DNA of 36,809 nucleotides from Bigelowiella natans CCMP2755. Its lineage: Eukaryota > Protista > Cercozoa. Shown here piece by piece: positions 23,315-35,583 of the stretch. The translations under genes were made by a program, and so were the position numbers. The notes under the pieces were generated by a model. The model did not search any database. It was not told where the DNA came from and saw only the letters and a list, made by a program, of their open reading frames with translations. The stretch's first letter is position 1, and each line of letters starts with the position of its first letter. The DNA is taken from assembly GCA_000320545.1 (NCBI GenBank), contig ADNK01002055.1:1-36809 (forward strand), in the 5' to 3' direction.

Positions 23315-24442
23315 GTGGTTGAGCTCGCTAAGCAAGTGATAATGAGGAAGAAGACGAATGATACAAGCGATAAATTGGTGGAACAATTGCGTTGCTCTTC
23401 TTCGTCCAATGAAATTAAGGAAGGTTGGTGTCATTGTCATTGTTGGCTAGATGGAAGGGTCTTATCGATACTACTCGTTACTTATTCACTTTTAGATGAT
23501 GGCGTAGGCGAGGACAGTCATAATGAGCACATAGATCGCGAGAACCTTGTGGACCTTTACATTCAAAACAGAAAGGACATGATATCGCAGAGCCTAATAG
23601 CATTCACCTCCCACATTGCGAAAAGTCTGTCAATTTTTCCTTGATATGTTTGTCTCTGTGTCAGTTGTTCCTAATTATACGGGTGTACATTATTAGTTAT
23701 TTGTGTTTACGACGACTCCTGGAAACAAGATGCCGATTTGGCGGTGCTGGGAGATTTTGGAAGGGCTTTATCCGCGTGCAGATTCGGTAATCAGGAACGG
23801 CGTTCGCTGAGTATCGGCGAAGGTTGGAGACTTTTAAAGGCCACACACACTTTGTTCTGTACGAATAAATTAAAATTAAGGACCGATGGATATGTTCCTC
23901 AAGGATTCGGATTGATTAAGAATCTGAGAGAACTGAGATTGAGATACAACAATCTAGTGACCCTTCCAGGGGACATCGCACAACTCTCCGGCTCTCTCAA
24001 GATATTAGACCTTGCTGGTAATTCGATCACCAAGATTCCTCCATGTGTGCAGCATCTATCTTTACTCCAAGAATTAAAAGTCGATCACAATAAGTTGAAG
24101 TCACTACAAGGCGTCGAGCACATGGTAAATCTCAAGATTCTTACTGCAAACTACAACAAAATCAAAGCCTTGCCAAGAGGCATAGCTAATTTAATAGATC
24201 TAGAGGTGTTATACCTCAGTGATAATATACTTGTCTCCCTACCTAATGAGATTCGAAAGCTAAGAAATCTCAAGTATATTCACTTGAATGGTAATCGTCT
24301 GTCCAGACTCCCTGGGGGGTTTAAGAAGCTGCAAAATTTGAAACGAATTACCCTTGATAGACAGCTCCATGCTGATGAATCCGCTCAGCATTTGAGGACC
24401 CTGGGGACTTTTATCACCAACGCCCATTTCGCTTTTAGATAG
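23315..24442 (+). CDS. Leucine-rich repeat protein (5' end uncertain)
   Basis: 23738-24442 holds about 6-7 LxxLxLxxNxLxxLP repeats (LRELRLRYNNLVTLP, LKILDLAGNSITKIP, LEVLYLSDNILVSLP). Upstream same-frame segments can be joined by plausible GT-AG introns. Confidence 0.8.
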
Positions 24443-24899
24443 TGATTCATCGAAATTACATCCAGCAATTTGAAATTCTAGGAAATTTACGTGATCAAGA
24501 TTTACTGGTTTCAATAACAACCGCCCAAATATTAGCAAAAGCTGTTCACCGACGGAAGACAGTCAATGTGTGCAATGAAGAGAGTCAATGCATGCTGTAA
24601 TATGGATATTTCCTCTATCCTGTGCACCACAATGTGCCATCACATGCATATCTAGATGTAATTAGCCATTCGCTGTATTGTCAGTATGCTCTATATGATT
24701 ATGGCTAGATATCATGTGTGCATGCTGCCCACTATCTGATTTCTAGATCTATATGCCCGGTGTATGTGCAAGCAAGGCTTAGCGTACATAGCGCACATAC
24801 GTGACGATAATAGCACATGACACGCACGCCGGTCGTAGCTTATCATTGTGGATGATAATGTTGTCAAATCATCGTAGGTGTTTTGAATGTCTGTTCAAA

Positions 24900-26190
24900 T
24901 TGCATGAGCTAGGCTAGTAGCTGTGCGCATGCAGTCATTGTGGCGCTGCGATGCATGGCGCCACGATGCAGCTGTTCGCTCAAGTGCGACAAGACACACA
25001 AGGTGCACCAACGGAGCTGCACGTGCGTGTCGGACGCACCAGCACGACACTCCACGTGGGACGACACGGCACAATGAAAAACTCTCCGCGCAGAAGTTTC
25101 TCAGAAAGTTCGCAAGTGGCGACATGACAAAATTGAAAAGCTGACATTGCGACATGACAAAAGTGAGAAGCTGACAGCTTTTCACTCAAGTCGCAATTGC
25201 AACAATTCAGACACATCTCGACAGAACTCAAAAGTCCAAGTGACACATTGAGATCAGAACTCAACTGCACAAGCAAGCAACCAAGCACACTCAGAACTCA
25301 AAAGACCAAGTGACATCAGAACTCAAACGTTCAAGTGACAAAGCAACTCAAGGACCAAACAACAATGCAACTCAACGACTCATGCGACTTCAGTTCTCAA
25401 CACGAGACCGCATTGCACCACGCCCAATGCTACAACAATCGACAGCTGCACTCGATGCAGAACGAATCGGTTGCATGCGAGGGCGCACATTGCTGCAACA
25501 ATCGACAGCTGCACGTGATGCAGAACGAACCTGTTGCATGCAACAGTGCAGGTGCGTCTCAACTTCAACCCTGCGACACGCGTGCTTCTGCACACGTGCG
25601 CAGCACCTCAGATCCACCACCGCGGCACGCTGACCGATCAGCGTCACCCATTCCGAAGCACGCAGCTTGCTTTGACGAAGAGTTCAAGGACAACAGCCCG
25701 GCTGCGGCCGTTCTGCATGCGAATGGTTTCAATGCCGCGTCGCATCATCGCATCGCGCCTGCTGCCATGCAGGCAAAGCAAGTTCAGACAATCAACAAGG
25801 ACATTGACAGCATGCCAACTCCCACGCAAGCGATGAATGCACAAACCGAAGGCGCGACATCATTGTGCAGCCATGTCATGTCATGCGCGGCAGATGGCGC
25901 GTGCTAGCATGTGATGTGCCATGCACAGCTACGCACATCAGTCGATGACCACAGTGAAAAGATTTCAATAATTCATCACATCCAGCTCACATGCAAAATG
26001 GCTGGCTGCGATCGTGGGCCTGATCATGTAATGATGATCAGCGTCACGATGCGCACGACGCATCGACATCACATAGCAGCTACGCGGCACTGCAGACATG
26101 CCATCGCAACAATGGCCAGTGTGCGCGATTCCATCATGAATGTGTGACTTAGTAGTCGATCGTCGACAATGATCGACTGTCAAATGTGTG
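24900..26190. repeat. TpA-depleted degenerate repeat block with internal tandem subrepeats (probable DNA-transposon relic)
   Basis: 24921-25929 contains only one non-CTAG TA (25431) and one CTAG. Subrepeats: GCGACATGACAAAA..AAGCTGACA twice (about 25119-25176), CAGAACTCAA four times (about 25222-25327), and a 51-bp direct repeat at 25428-25478 and 25491-25541. Confidence 0.7.
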
Positions 26191-26468
26191 CGCCTGTGCT
26201 AATCGGAGTTACATAGCCTGCTGCCATTATGATGCTCAGCTTAGACCATCACATGCCTCTATGTCAATTTTCTAGACGCATTATGACGAATTTCTCTTTG
26301 TACCATTACATTCGTAACTACAAATTGAGCCCTAGCTTCGATGGCATCGAGTAACGCTAACAATGTAGATGTTCATCGCAATACTGCTACTGCTGGGAAA
26401 TCAACGCTAACAATGTAGACACATAGCACACTGCTACCACTGTTGGATAATCATACGTCATCATCATC

Positions 26469-27664
26469 TTACGTTACCCAAACCTTGAGAACCTTGTCCT
26501 TACTCCCCGAAGCTACTTTGTGTCCATCGGGACTCCAATCAACTGCATACACCTCGTCAGCGTGACCAGGAAGCTGGTGCTTGATCTTTTTAGTCTTTAG
26601 GTTCCATACGACTAGCGTACTACACGCATACGTACATCAATATTATTTAAAATATAAAATATGTTCACGAATCAATATGCTGCCCTACCTGTCCTTGCTT
26701 GCTGAAAGAAGTAGCCGGCTGTCCGCGCTCCAGCAGCACATATAGACATCTTGGACGTGGCCAAGAAATCTTGCGACAAACTTCCCGGTTGTGCCGTTCC
26801 AGAGACGTACCTACCACAGTTATGGTCGTAGAGGATAACATCATCGCAAAGGAAAAAAGAAAACTTAAGACTCAATGAAAAGAAAATGGAAAGAAATATG
26901 AAAAGGAGGGAGATATGAAATCATTAAGACCTTTGGGCTTTAATAGTTAGCGATAATCATAGAAATAACAACGTAACTCGCGAGAATAGCACAACCTATG
27001 GACTTCTCTCTAACCCCCAACCCCGTTATGCTTACTCACCGAGTTGTCAAAACTGGCACTTGCAACGTAACGACCATCGGGCGAGAAGGCGACGTGATTC
27101 ACCGTTTGTTGGTGCCCCTATTAAGTATTTTGGCATGGTTGTAGGTAGGGGGGAAACGAGAATTTAAATTGAGTTACAAGAGCAATACGCATTTTTTACA
27201 GTTCTTTCAGATCATCATAAGGATTATCAAGGTCAGTATTGTTACCTATAGTATGTGTGTGTTTGTGTGTGTACCTACCGTCATTCTGATGATGGGCTTC
27301 TTACTGCGGACAGGATCCCAGAGGAAGCAAGTCATGTCGTCCGACGCCGAGCACAATAACTCATACTTTATGAGAAAAAAGGTGCACGAAACAGAAAAAA
27401 GTTGTCGGAAAAAGATGATGAGCTGGCTTGGTCACGGCGACAACGATGCAACATACAAACACAAAAAATTAGTAGCAAACCTGCAGGCCGTTATCCTTGA
27501 TGACTTTTTGGACTTTTTCTGTTGCGCGTTGCTTACGTTCTTTGATATCGTCGGGCGCCTTGCCATTATGATCGTAGGGTCCTATTCTCAGTGCGTAGTC
27601 CACATTCAAAGCCAGTCTAGCCATGTGATTCACACGCAGTTTGAGAAGAGAGGAGGAAGAAGGG

Positions 27665-27706
<42 letters not shown>

Positions 27707-29725
27707 ATGGTAATGCACAATGTATGTATGAATATATTTAAGTATTGTATAATTCTTTGTTTGACATATTATGTAGAAGTACCCATTGACCCAATGAGCA
27801 TGGCCTTGTAATGTACGTACCAAGACGCCTCGAACACTGTCCCACACCTTTAAAGACGGATAATAGGATATTTGCATCATCATCTTAACTTGATATACTA
27901 CAATTCTAAGAACCAACACAACATCAGATATGGGGTGTACTGCATATGAATTATGTGTGTGTGCGTGTGAGTAAGTGCCTTTATACTGCGGTCTTGGGAA
28001 GCTGAGTATATCAATCCCTCGCACCTTTGTGCCCACCACAAACAACAAACAAACATAAATAAATAAATACATACATACAATATTGATAACCGTTCACAGA
28101 AGTAACGACAACAAGTAGCACGAACATACATTTTGTATCAGGACGTAATATCAACAGCATTTGTATTATTATTCATAGCCTGCCTCTCTTCCGAAAGGGA
28201 AGTGCCGGACAATATCGCAGCACAGTGCATAGTAGTACATATACAAGGGTATCCTCTCTTTAGGCATTTCAGACATTTTTCACTGCAAAACAAAAAACAA
28301 TAGCAAGTAGTACTAGTAGTAGTAGTACCCCCACTTGACAGAAGTCACTCCTTTTGTGTGGCCCGACATACTCAAAAGGCACTTTTTCGTACTGATATCC
28401 CAAACGCGAACTCCAGCGTCTTTTGAGCCGCTGCACACGCGACGGCAATCCTACAAATGACGGTGTACGCGAATATAAACAAGAAATTTCGAACCTTATT
28501 TCCACATACATAACCTAGAGCACGTTTATAGGAGGATTGATATAAATGCTCTTCATGAAATCTATATGTAGTGTCACCTCAGCGTTGTGATAAGGCTCCC
28601 AAGCAAGAGAAGATATATAGTCTTTATGGCCACGTAAGGGTTTCCCCCTCGCTGCTCCTGTCTCCCCATCCCACACCCGTATTTCGCCCTTGCTATCACC
28701 GGAAATTAAAAATGAGCCTAAAGGAAGCGGTAGTGAGAAAGAGGGGGGGGTCTTAAGAGTAGGTTTGTAAAATGTAGCAGTAGTAAGTATTACTTCGTGA
28801 TTAGATAGGAATAATGTGATAAGAATGTTAATAGTATACATAGTCATCATCATTATGGTTTATTTTGGTACATGCATTGCATTGATATTCACCGTCTGGT
28901 GCCCAGGCTACAGCCATCACCCAATTCTTGTGTCCTTTCAGGGTCTTCAGAGGAGTTGAAGTTAGCATATCCCACAGCCGTACCGTACCGTCCCCTCCTC
29001 CTGAAGCGAGTCGTTTGCCGTCTGCAGAGAAGTGGACATGCAGAATCGCTCCAGAGTGGCCTTGCATGCTAGAATCAAATATTCATTTATGATTAATACG
29101 CTCGTAATTCATGATTATGGATTGCAATTTCGATATACTTCTCTCGGCATTTAACGTACCTAGAGGCACAGCGTGTAACAGAGCGAACCCTGAAAACAGC
29201 CTGCGGTTGGTATATAACCTTTACCACCATCTCGTGCGATAGCTTCTCCTCCTCCAGTGTCGTCGCCAGGGATTGCATGATCTCCGTACCATTAATCTGA
29301 CAGCAGGCATCCATCAAACTCGCCTTTTCTACTGCATATAAAAAGCTTTCGCACGGTTATGAACGATACAAAGGGACTTTAAAATATGTGTGGTGTATCT
29401 CTTATCATCCGACAAAGAAGGAGTAGGGCAGCTGCTCGTCGTTTTCAAGGATCTGGTTGATGAGAGATCGCATTTGCTTCAAGCTAACATCAACGGGAAC
29501 TTCCAGCTGAGATCCCTAATAATTGTTAATATATGTTGAGCGATAAGGACAACAGGGTCTGAGAGCAAGAGTGACCGTGTCCTCCTCTTCCACGCTTTGA
29601 AATTGGATTATGACTTTGCGGACATCTCCCTCTCCCTCTGCCTGCTCGCCTTCCATGATATGCTTGGTTTTTTGACGCTTGGAAGGCAGGGCGCTACTAC
29701 TACTACTGCTTTCTGTTGCCTCCAT
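26469..29725 (-). CDS. NLE1: Notchless/Rsa4 (NLE domain plus WD40), 60S biogenesis factor, multi-exon
   Basis: IYQPQAVFRVRSVTRCAS, GHSGAILHVHFSADGKRLASGGGDGTVRLWD, LAWEPYH, IYSASQDRSIKVWD, GHAHWVN, SASDDMTCFLWDP, GHQQTVNHVAFSPDGRYVASASFD, LPGHADEVYAVDWSPDG..VWVT-stop. Confidence 0.93.
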
Positions 29726-30162
29726 TCTCAAAATTCAGCTCTTGGTCCCCCCCCAGGGTGAGTTTTGTAGTAAATTTGTTCCTGACGCTACTGGGCTCGT
29801 ACTGCTCGGCAGCCTCGTATTTTTTCTGTGATAAAATATACAACTAGAGTCCTGTTTGGTCAAGAATAAATACCCAATTTATCGTAAAAAGTGGGATTTC
29901 TTTTGCAATATCCGCTTGATCACTATTACATAGCCACTCTAACTCACTGCCAGAATCATTCGAAGAAGCCGATGTTATTTCGTATTAGTAGACAACAATT
30001 CAGACAACAGTTCTTTCTTCGGAAAAGTCCTGCTTGCTGTCGGCGAATTCCCATTATTATTATCGGCAATTTAGCCCAGCTGTGACGAATTTGGACTGCG
30101 ACAAAATATTATGTTGTCGCAGAATGGAAATATCCTAGATCCTCCAATCCCCAACGACTCCA

Positions 30163-31536
30163 ATGGCTCCTTCCGGGCAGCCACGAAGCCAGAGTAGGGT
30201 TCGTCGCCGTCCTGCCCCATCCGACCATCAAAGGCGGGATCAAGCTCGGGCATCCATTTCAGTATCGAGACTACTGAAGCGAGGGAAGGGAGGATATGAT
30301 TATAAGAAAGGTAAAACACTTACGATCGTGCCTTTATCGAGGGAGCTTCCCGTCATTCAATCGATTGATAGGATATTACCTCTGTAAATATGGCGAATGG
30401 CCATATATGACTTCAGTTTTTGTGAACTGGGTGAAAAATTATCTTCTGTCACGAATCTTCGCTTGCGTACACAACTGTATTCCCCCCCCCTTCGTTGCGA
30501 TGAGTTCTGCTCTCTGTTTCAGCAAAGGAAAAGAGATACTTCGCGAACAAACGTCAAATGAGACATGCTGAACGGCAAAAGAAAGCTTTTTCAAAGCATT
30601 ATCAAGAGCATCAATCCGAGGTGATATATTTCATTTCCTACATTCGAGAAGTAGAAAATTGACGTGTTCTGGCCCATGTTCAGCTAGAAGCAAACCTGAT
30701 GGCTCTACAGGAAAGAGAAGGTTTAAGCGTCACGATCCATACCTTCTACTTTTCCCCCCATAAAAATAATATCTACACAAATAAACCGCATAAACACGTA
30801 ATCGCACGCATGCACACGTTATAAAAAATATTCTATATATGTATTTATGCACATATGTTAATAATTTTCTGACAACGTATGAGAATTTAGTCATGATTTC
30901 ATTTATCTTTACTTTTGTTGAGCATCTTTCATTCCCTCAGATGTATTTAAGGCGGGTGAGAACCAACAGGAAACCTCATCGAAGCAGGCAAGAACAAATA
31001 TTTCAGGAAATGGTGAGGATGACACATATCGCGACGAAGAGGAAAAAAAGAACATACGTCAAAACGATGACAAGGGGAAATATGTTGAGCCTAGAAGGGG
31101 GATGAATGGGGGTAGAAACCCAGGAAAGGCCCGGAAGTATAAGAGACACGGCGGGAAGAAAGGAGTGGCCCTAAAAGAAGCCCACGTCCAGTATAAGAAT
31201 AGGTGATGTGACATCGATTTAGAGTATGTGCAGTGTGCATGTATCTAATTCCTGAATGCATCACTCTTTGTTAAAATCGTCGAATCATCGCATCAAATCC
31301 AGAAATGCTCAAAGAAAACGTGCAAAGGAAGAAATCTTGCATAAACAGAGGTAGTTATTTCGCATAAGTTGTTTCCTCAAAACTTATTACTTATTTTGCG
31401 AAGGCTTCGGAAGCGAAAACAGGAAGTTCGAAGAGCTGAGGTCCGCAGAATGACCAAGCGTACCAAGAAAGGCCAGCCTATAATGACTCATGTTTTAGGG
31501 AATATCCTCACCAAGCTCAAAAAGTCCTCTAGTTAG
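30163..31536 (+). CDS. Fyv7/CCDC59(TAP26)-like basic rRNA-processing protein, multi-exon
   Basis: Six exons splice in frame with GT-AG. The protein is K/R-rich and ends RMTKRTKKGQPIMTHVLGNILTKL, matching the family C-terminal motif KRTKKGQPxM. Confidence 0.75.
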
Positions 31537-31859
31537 TATTATGCTGATGCAGTAGCTTGAAGCCCGCATGACGCTATAGTGTAAAGCATATCGTACAGTG
31601 GATCCAAGGATAGTAAAGTACATTAATCATGACAATGAATCATCAATATTTTAAATTCGCTAATCGATTCTCAAAGCAGTAGATGTTTTTAGCAAGACTC
31701 TGGTATGGTGGACACATGCATACGCTCGGAATTTGTACGATGCTTTTGTTCAGCAGCTAGCGATGCATGCTTTCATGCATGGGGGAGGAGCGGTCATGGT
31801 GTCGTGGCGGTGTCATTGCTAGGCTATTGCTTGTTGAATCAAAGCCTAATTTTTGAAAT

Positions 31860-33520
31860 GCTGTGAAGCAAGCAAGTCGCCAGCAGAGCTGCACGACCGC
31901 TGGACCACTCTAGCACTGGCGACAACGCGCATCGACGACACGACGCAGCGTGCGTCCTGGCATCGCGAACGTTTGAACTAGATTTCACTGCTTGGAGGTG
32001 GCACAAACTTGCATCGGAATCACAACCACAAGGAAACTGCAACTTGCATGGCTGAATCATGATGCTGTCTAGCTGTCACGCCGCGCATGCGCATGCACAT
32101 CTCTAGGTCTAGATGTGCATGCCAGCGGGCTAGCGGGCAAAGTGAAAAAAACAATTTGATGCATGATGAGCGTCACGACGATCTAGCGATGCGGCCGCTT
32201 TGGAGGCAACCTTGCATCGCGTTGTGGCAGTGCGAACAAGTCTTGAATTGCTGGAGTGCGCTGGCAGCACTTTTGAGTTGGCCATTGTCCAAATGGTCTT
32301 CGTGCGTGCGAGTGTGTGCACGGACACAATACGCTGAGCTGCTGACGCAAAAACGCGCCTCAAACAATGGTGGTAGACGACATGTGGACACATGTGTCCC
32401 TGCACGTGTGAGCCGTCTGCGACATGTGCACATCACGCAATTCACATGCACCTGTAGCTACACATGTGCCAAATGACAGCGCTCATGTGCACATGCATGC
32501 ATCCATGTGTGCCACGTGGGTGCATGTGCAGTGGCTTGTTTGGTGCATGTGTGGATGTGAACAGAGCACGTGTGCTTTTTAGGGTGCATGTGGTGTGCAT
32601 GGGCACATGTGTTCCTTGCGCGCACACGCACATGGACGCACATGGACACACATGTCCCCATGACGAAACTGGGCCACTGCGAGGAGAAGAGAAGAAGGTA
32701 AGTTTTGAAAAAAAGAAAGAATGTTTGCTGATCCACCACGCTGGCACGTTTGTTTCCGACACTTGCAAAGCGCAAAACGCAGTGCCTCGAGCCAAAGAAA
32801 TCAAGAAACAAGAAACATTGTTGATCGACCACACTTCCAAAGTGTTGCACGACACTCACAAAGCTGGAAAGTGGAAAACGCAATTCCTCGAACTGAAAAC
32901 AACGAGGACTCTCTGGTGTGAAAACTGGCATGATGCAAAAATTGGCGTGCATGCTGGCATGGCTGCAGTGAGGCCGTGCTTTGCGCAGGAGAAACAAGAA
33001 ACAAGAAACACGTGATGATCGACTGCACTTCCAAAGAAAACAAACAATCAAACAAACGTGATGATGAGCTGCGTTTCGAAAGTGTTGACAAGACTGCACT
33101 TTCAAAACGTTGCAAGACGTTTGCAGTGTGCGAAACGAAGTGGCCTCGAACTGGCTTTGGTGAGGTCCAACTGATGAAATCAGAAGGAGTCCAAGAATGG
33201 CACATTGGCAATTGTGGAGCAACGTGAATGGCAGCAGTGTGGCGTCGACGCAAAGCACCCACTCTGAGCAGGACTTCCTGAAGGCCACACCCATTCGACG
33301 GTCAACGGACGGGTCGTCCGAGGGGGCACCCACCAAGACTGCAGTTTTGCTTGAGTCGGAAGCATGAAAAAAGGGGGAGCCATGTCCCAGGGCCACCCTC
33401 ACAATGAACAATGAACAATGAACAATGATGATGAACCACATTTCCAAAATGTTGCCAGACACATTCGCAGTGCGAAACACAGTGCCTCGAACAATGAACA
33501 ATGAACAATGAACAATTATC
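31860..33520. repeat. TpA-depleted degenerate repeat block with an array of about five related units
   Basis: No TA at all in 32701-33516. Units with GATC/GATGA..(CA/TG)C..TTCCAAA.TGTTG...CCTCGA start near 32725, 32820, 33012, 33059 and 33426, separated by simple repeats (AAGAAAC)n and (AACAATG)n. Confidence 0.75.
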
Positions 33521-33648
33521 GAACTAGCTCAAGTGAGGACTAAATGGAAAACCAGAAGGGCAGGTTTTTCAAAATGAACACTCGAGAACAATGAAAATTA
33601 TTGTTCTATCTGTTGTGGCATTGCATGACACTTGCAAAGTCCAAAACA

Positions 33649-35120
33649 ATGGAAAAAAAACATCAAGGATCCGACGCAAGATTAAATGCAAAAAGGTAGA
33701 TAATTGGATAATAATTTACCGCTCTAACATCAAATAATTTTGGCAACATCTTCGCAACATTCAAAAAATACTCCTGGAACAGGCGAACGTTGGACGATGA
33801 CATGATACCAGCGATACCAGCACGCCCCCCCCCCCCTTTCCTCCTGCTGGCACCAATCCTCCCTATTCCCTTCCACAATTCAGTTCTTACATGTAAATTC
33901 CTTGGTGATCCTCCATCTCGGATTCTGCGGCCTGATGCGCGGACATTTAGCTTCGGTTTGTTGGCGAATAGGCCAGTTGTTCGGCTAGGCAAGAATCCGA
34001 ACTACGGAACAAAGCGTGGCGTTACCTCCTACTCTGATGCGAGGTTTATAACTTTTAATACCTTATAATTTTTTGCAATCCTACTTCCACTTTCAATTTG
34101 TTGATCTTACGGAAGAATAGATAGGGATGTTAGGAAGTACCCTACTATCTCAGACACGAGCTGCTTTCTCGCTTATCATTAGTAAGCCGAAATTCTAACT
34201 TGCTCTAATGGTTTACTATTTAGTCTCAATAGGAATAGCCTTTTGAAAGATGAACAGTCGATGTCTGATGAGAGCGAGATCAAGCGCAGGGAGAGGAATG
34301 CTTTGCTTGTGCTTCTGATTCTCCTTGGGTTCGAGGTAGGGAGGTTCGTCACAAGGACAGCGGTAAGTTAAGAAGAAGCTTGGTGAATTTAGCAGTGTGT
34401 GTTTATATATCTTGATTGGATCTCTTAAAAACTTTTCGTCATGATAAGAATGGTGAGGAAGATAATGTTCCCAATGTATTTGTCGCCGGTACTAAATCGC
34501 ACCCTTCCCCCCTCGGTGTTTGTTAAGGTTCCAGTAATAATGATCAGTCAGCTTGGAGGAGACACTTCGGGGTCCCTGCGCCTACTTAATCAGCTCGCAG
34601 CAGGCTCCGCACTGTTGGAATTCATGGCTAATCCAGTAATGCCATCGCAGATGACCTTGTTCATCTTCTTCTTCATGTGTGTGCTTACAAGGATGATTCT
34701 TGGTCAACGACCCCCCTCTTAGGTGATGGGCTCAATGTCGGATAGAAGGGGTAGACGTCCTTTCCTTATTGGCGGTACCGTGGCAACGTTTCTGAGCTTT
34801 CTCTCAGTAACGGTCTGTCCTACTATAGTCCCGCTTGTGATCTCAAGACTAGTTCTCACAGCCAGCCCTGTCCTCAATATGTGCCATGCCTCTGCAGCGG
34901 TGAGTAAGTAACTACTACTGTCGTCGTCAAATGATCTCCTCGGTGATAATATCATTTCTGCCATTACTCACTTAGGACTAATAGTTGTAATAGCAGTTTC
35001 TAGTAGTAACAGTAGTATTAGTGTAATTGTTGTCGCGATTTCGTTGGAGAAAGCCGTAGAAGAGTATTTGGGGCTCACGTATGCGTGTTGTGACAGTGGT
35101 GATTAATTCGTAATCACACA

Positions 35121-35181
<61 letters not shown>

Positions 35182-35457
35182 GGGGGGGGGAGGGGGTACC
35201 ACACTTCGTGTCATCCCTTATGTCCTTTCTCTCAACGCTAAATTTGCTGTGGTTTCTCACGACAATAGTTAACAACAACGAATGAATAAATAATAGGACC
35301 TGTATCAAGGAGATTTAATAGGATTTACGAGAATGGAAGGCCGCATGCAGTTTGTCAAGGGTCACAACAAAGCAGAGATCAGCATAAAAAAATTATACGA
35401 TGCGATAACATCTTAATGCAATAAATATGTGAGTGCTGCATTTTTGCAAATTGTTTA

Positions 35458-35500
<43 letters not shown>

Positions 35501-35527
35501 ACAGACACAACATGTTATCGAACATAA

Positions 35528-35583
<56 letters not shown>

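Noticed and set aside
4862-23675. Alternative genetic code suggested by in-frame stops at 4862, 9994 and 23642
   Set aside because: TAA, TAG and TGA all end genes normally here, conserved Trp residues use TGG, and the LRR-gene stops can be removed by a plausible intron (about 23625-23696).
32720-33490. CRISPR-like look of repeats separated by variable sequence
   Set aside because: Units are degenerate and irregularly spaced, there are no cas genes, and the context is eukaryotic.
32458-33501. 347-aa minus-strand ORF and the many overlapping Cys/His-rich ORFs in 1-875, 24895-26183 and 31839-33508
   Set aside because: Loss of TA removes TAA and TAG stops on both strands, so long ORFs arise in all frames. 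They have almost no Tyr and no recognisable domain.
1-33520. CpG-methylation decay or fungal RIP as the cause of TG/CA richness in the three blocks
   Set aside because: CpG remains common in these blocks and TpA is the missing dinucleotide. RIP would raise TpA. A CG origin cannot be excluded for individual CA/TG sites.
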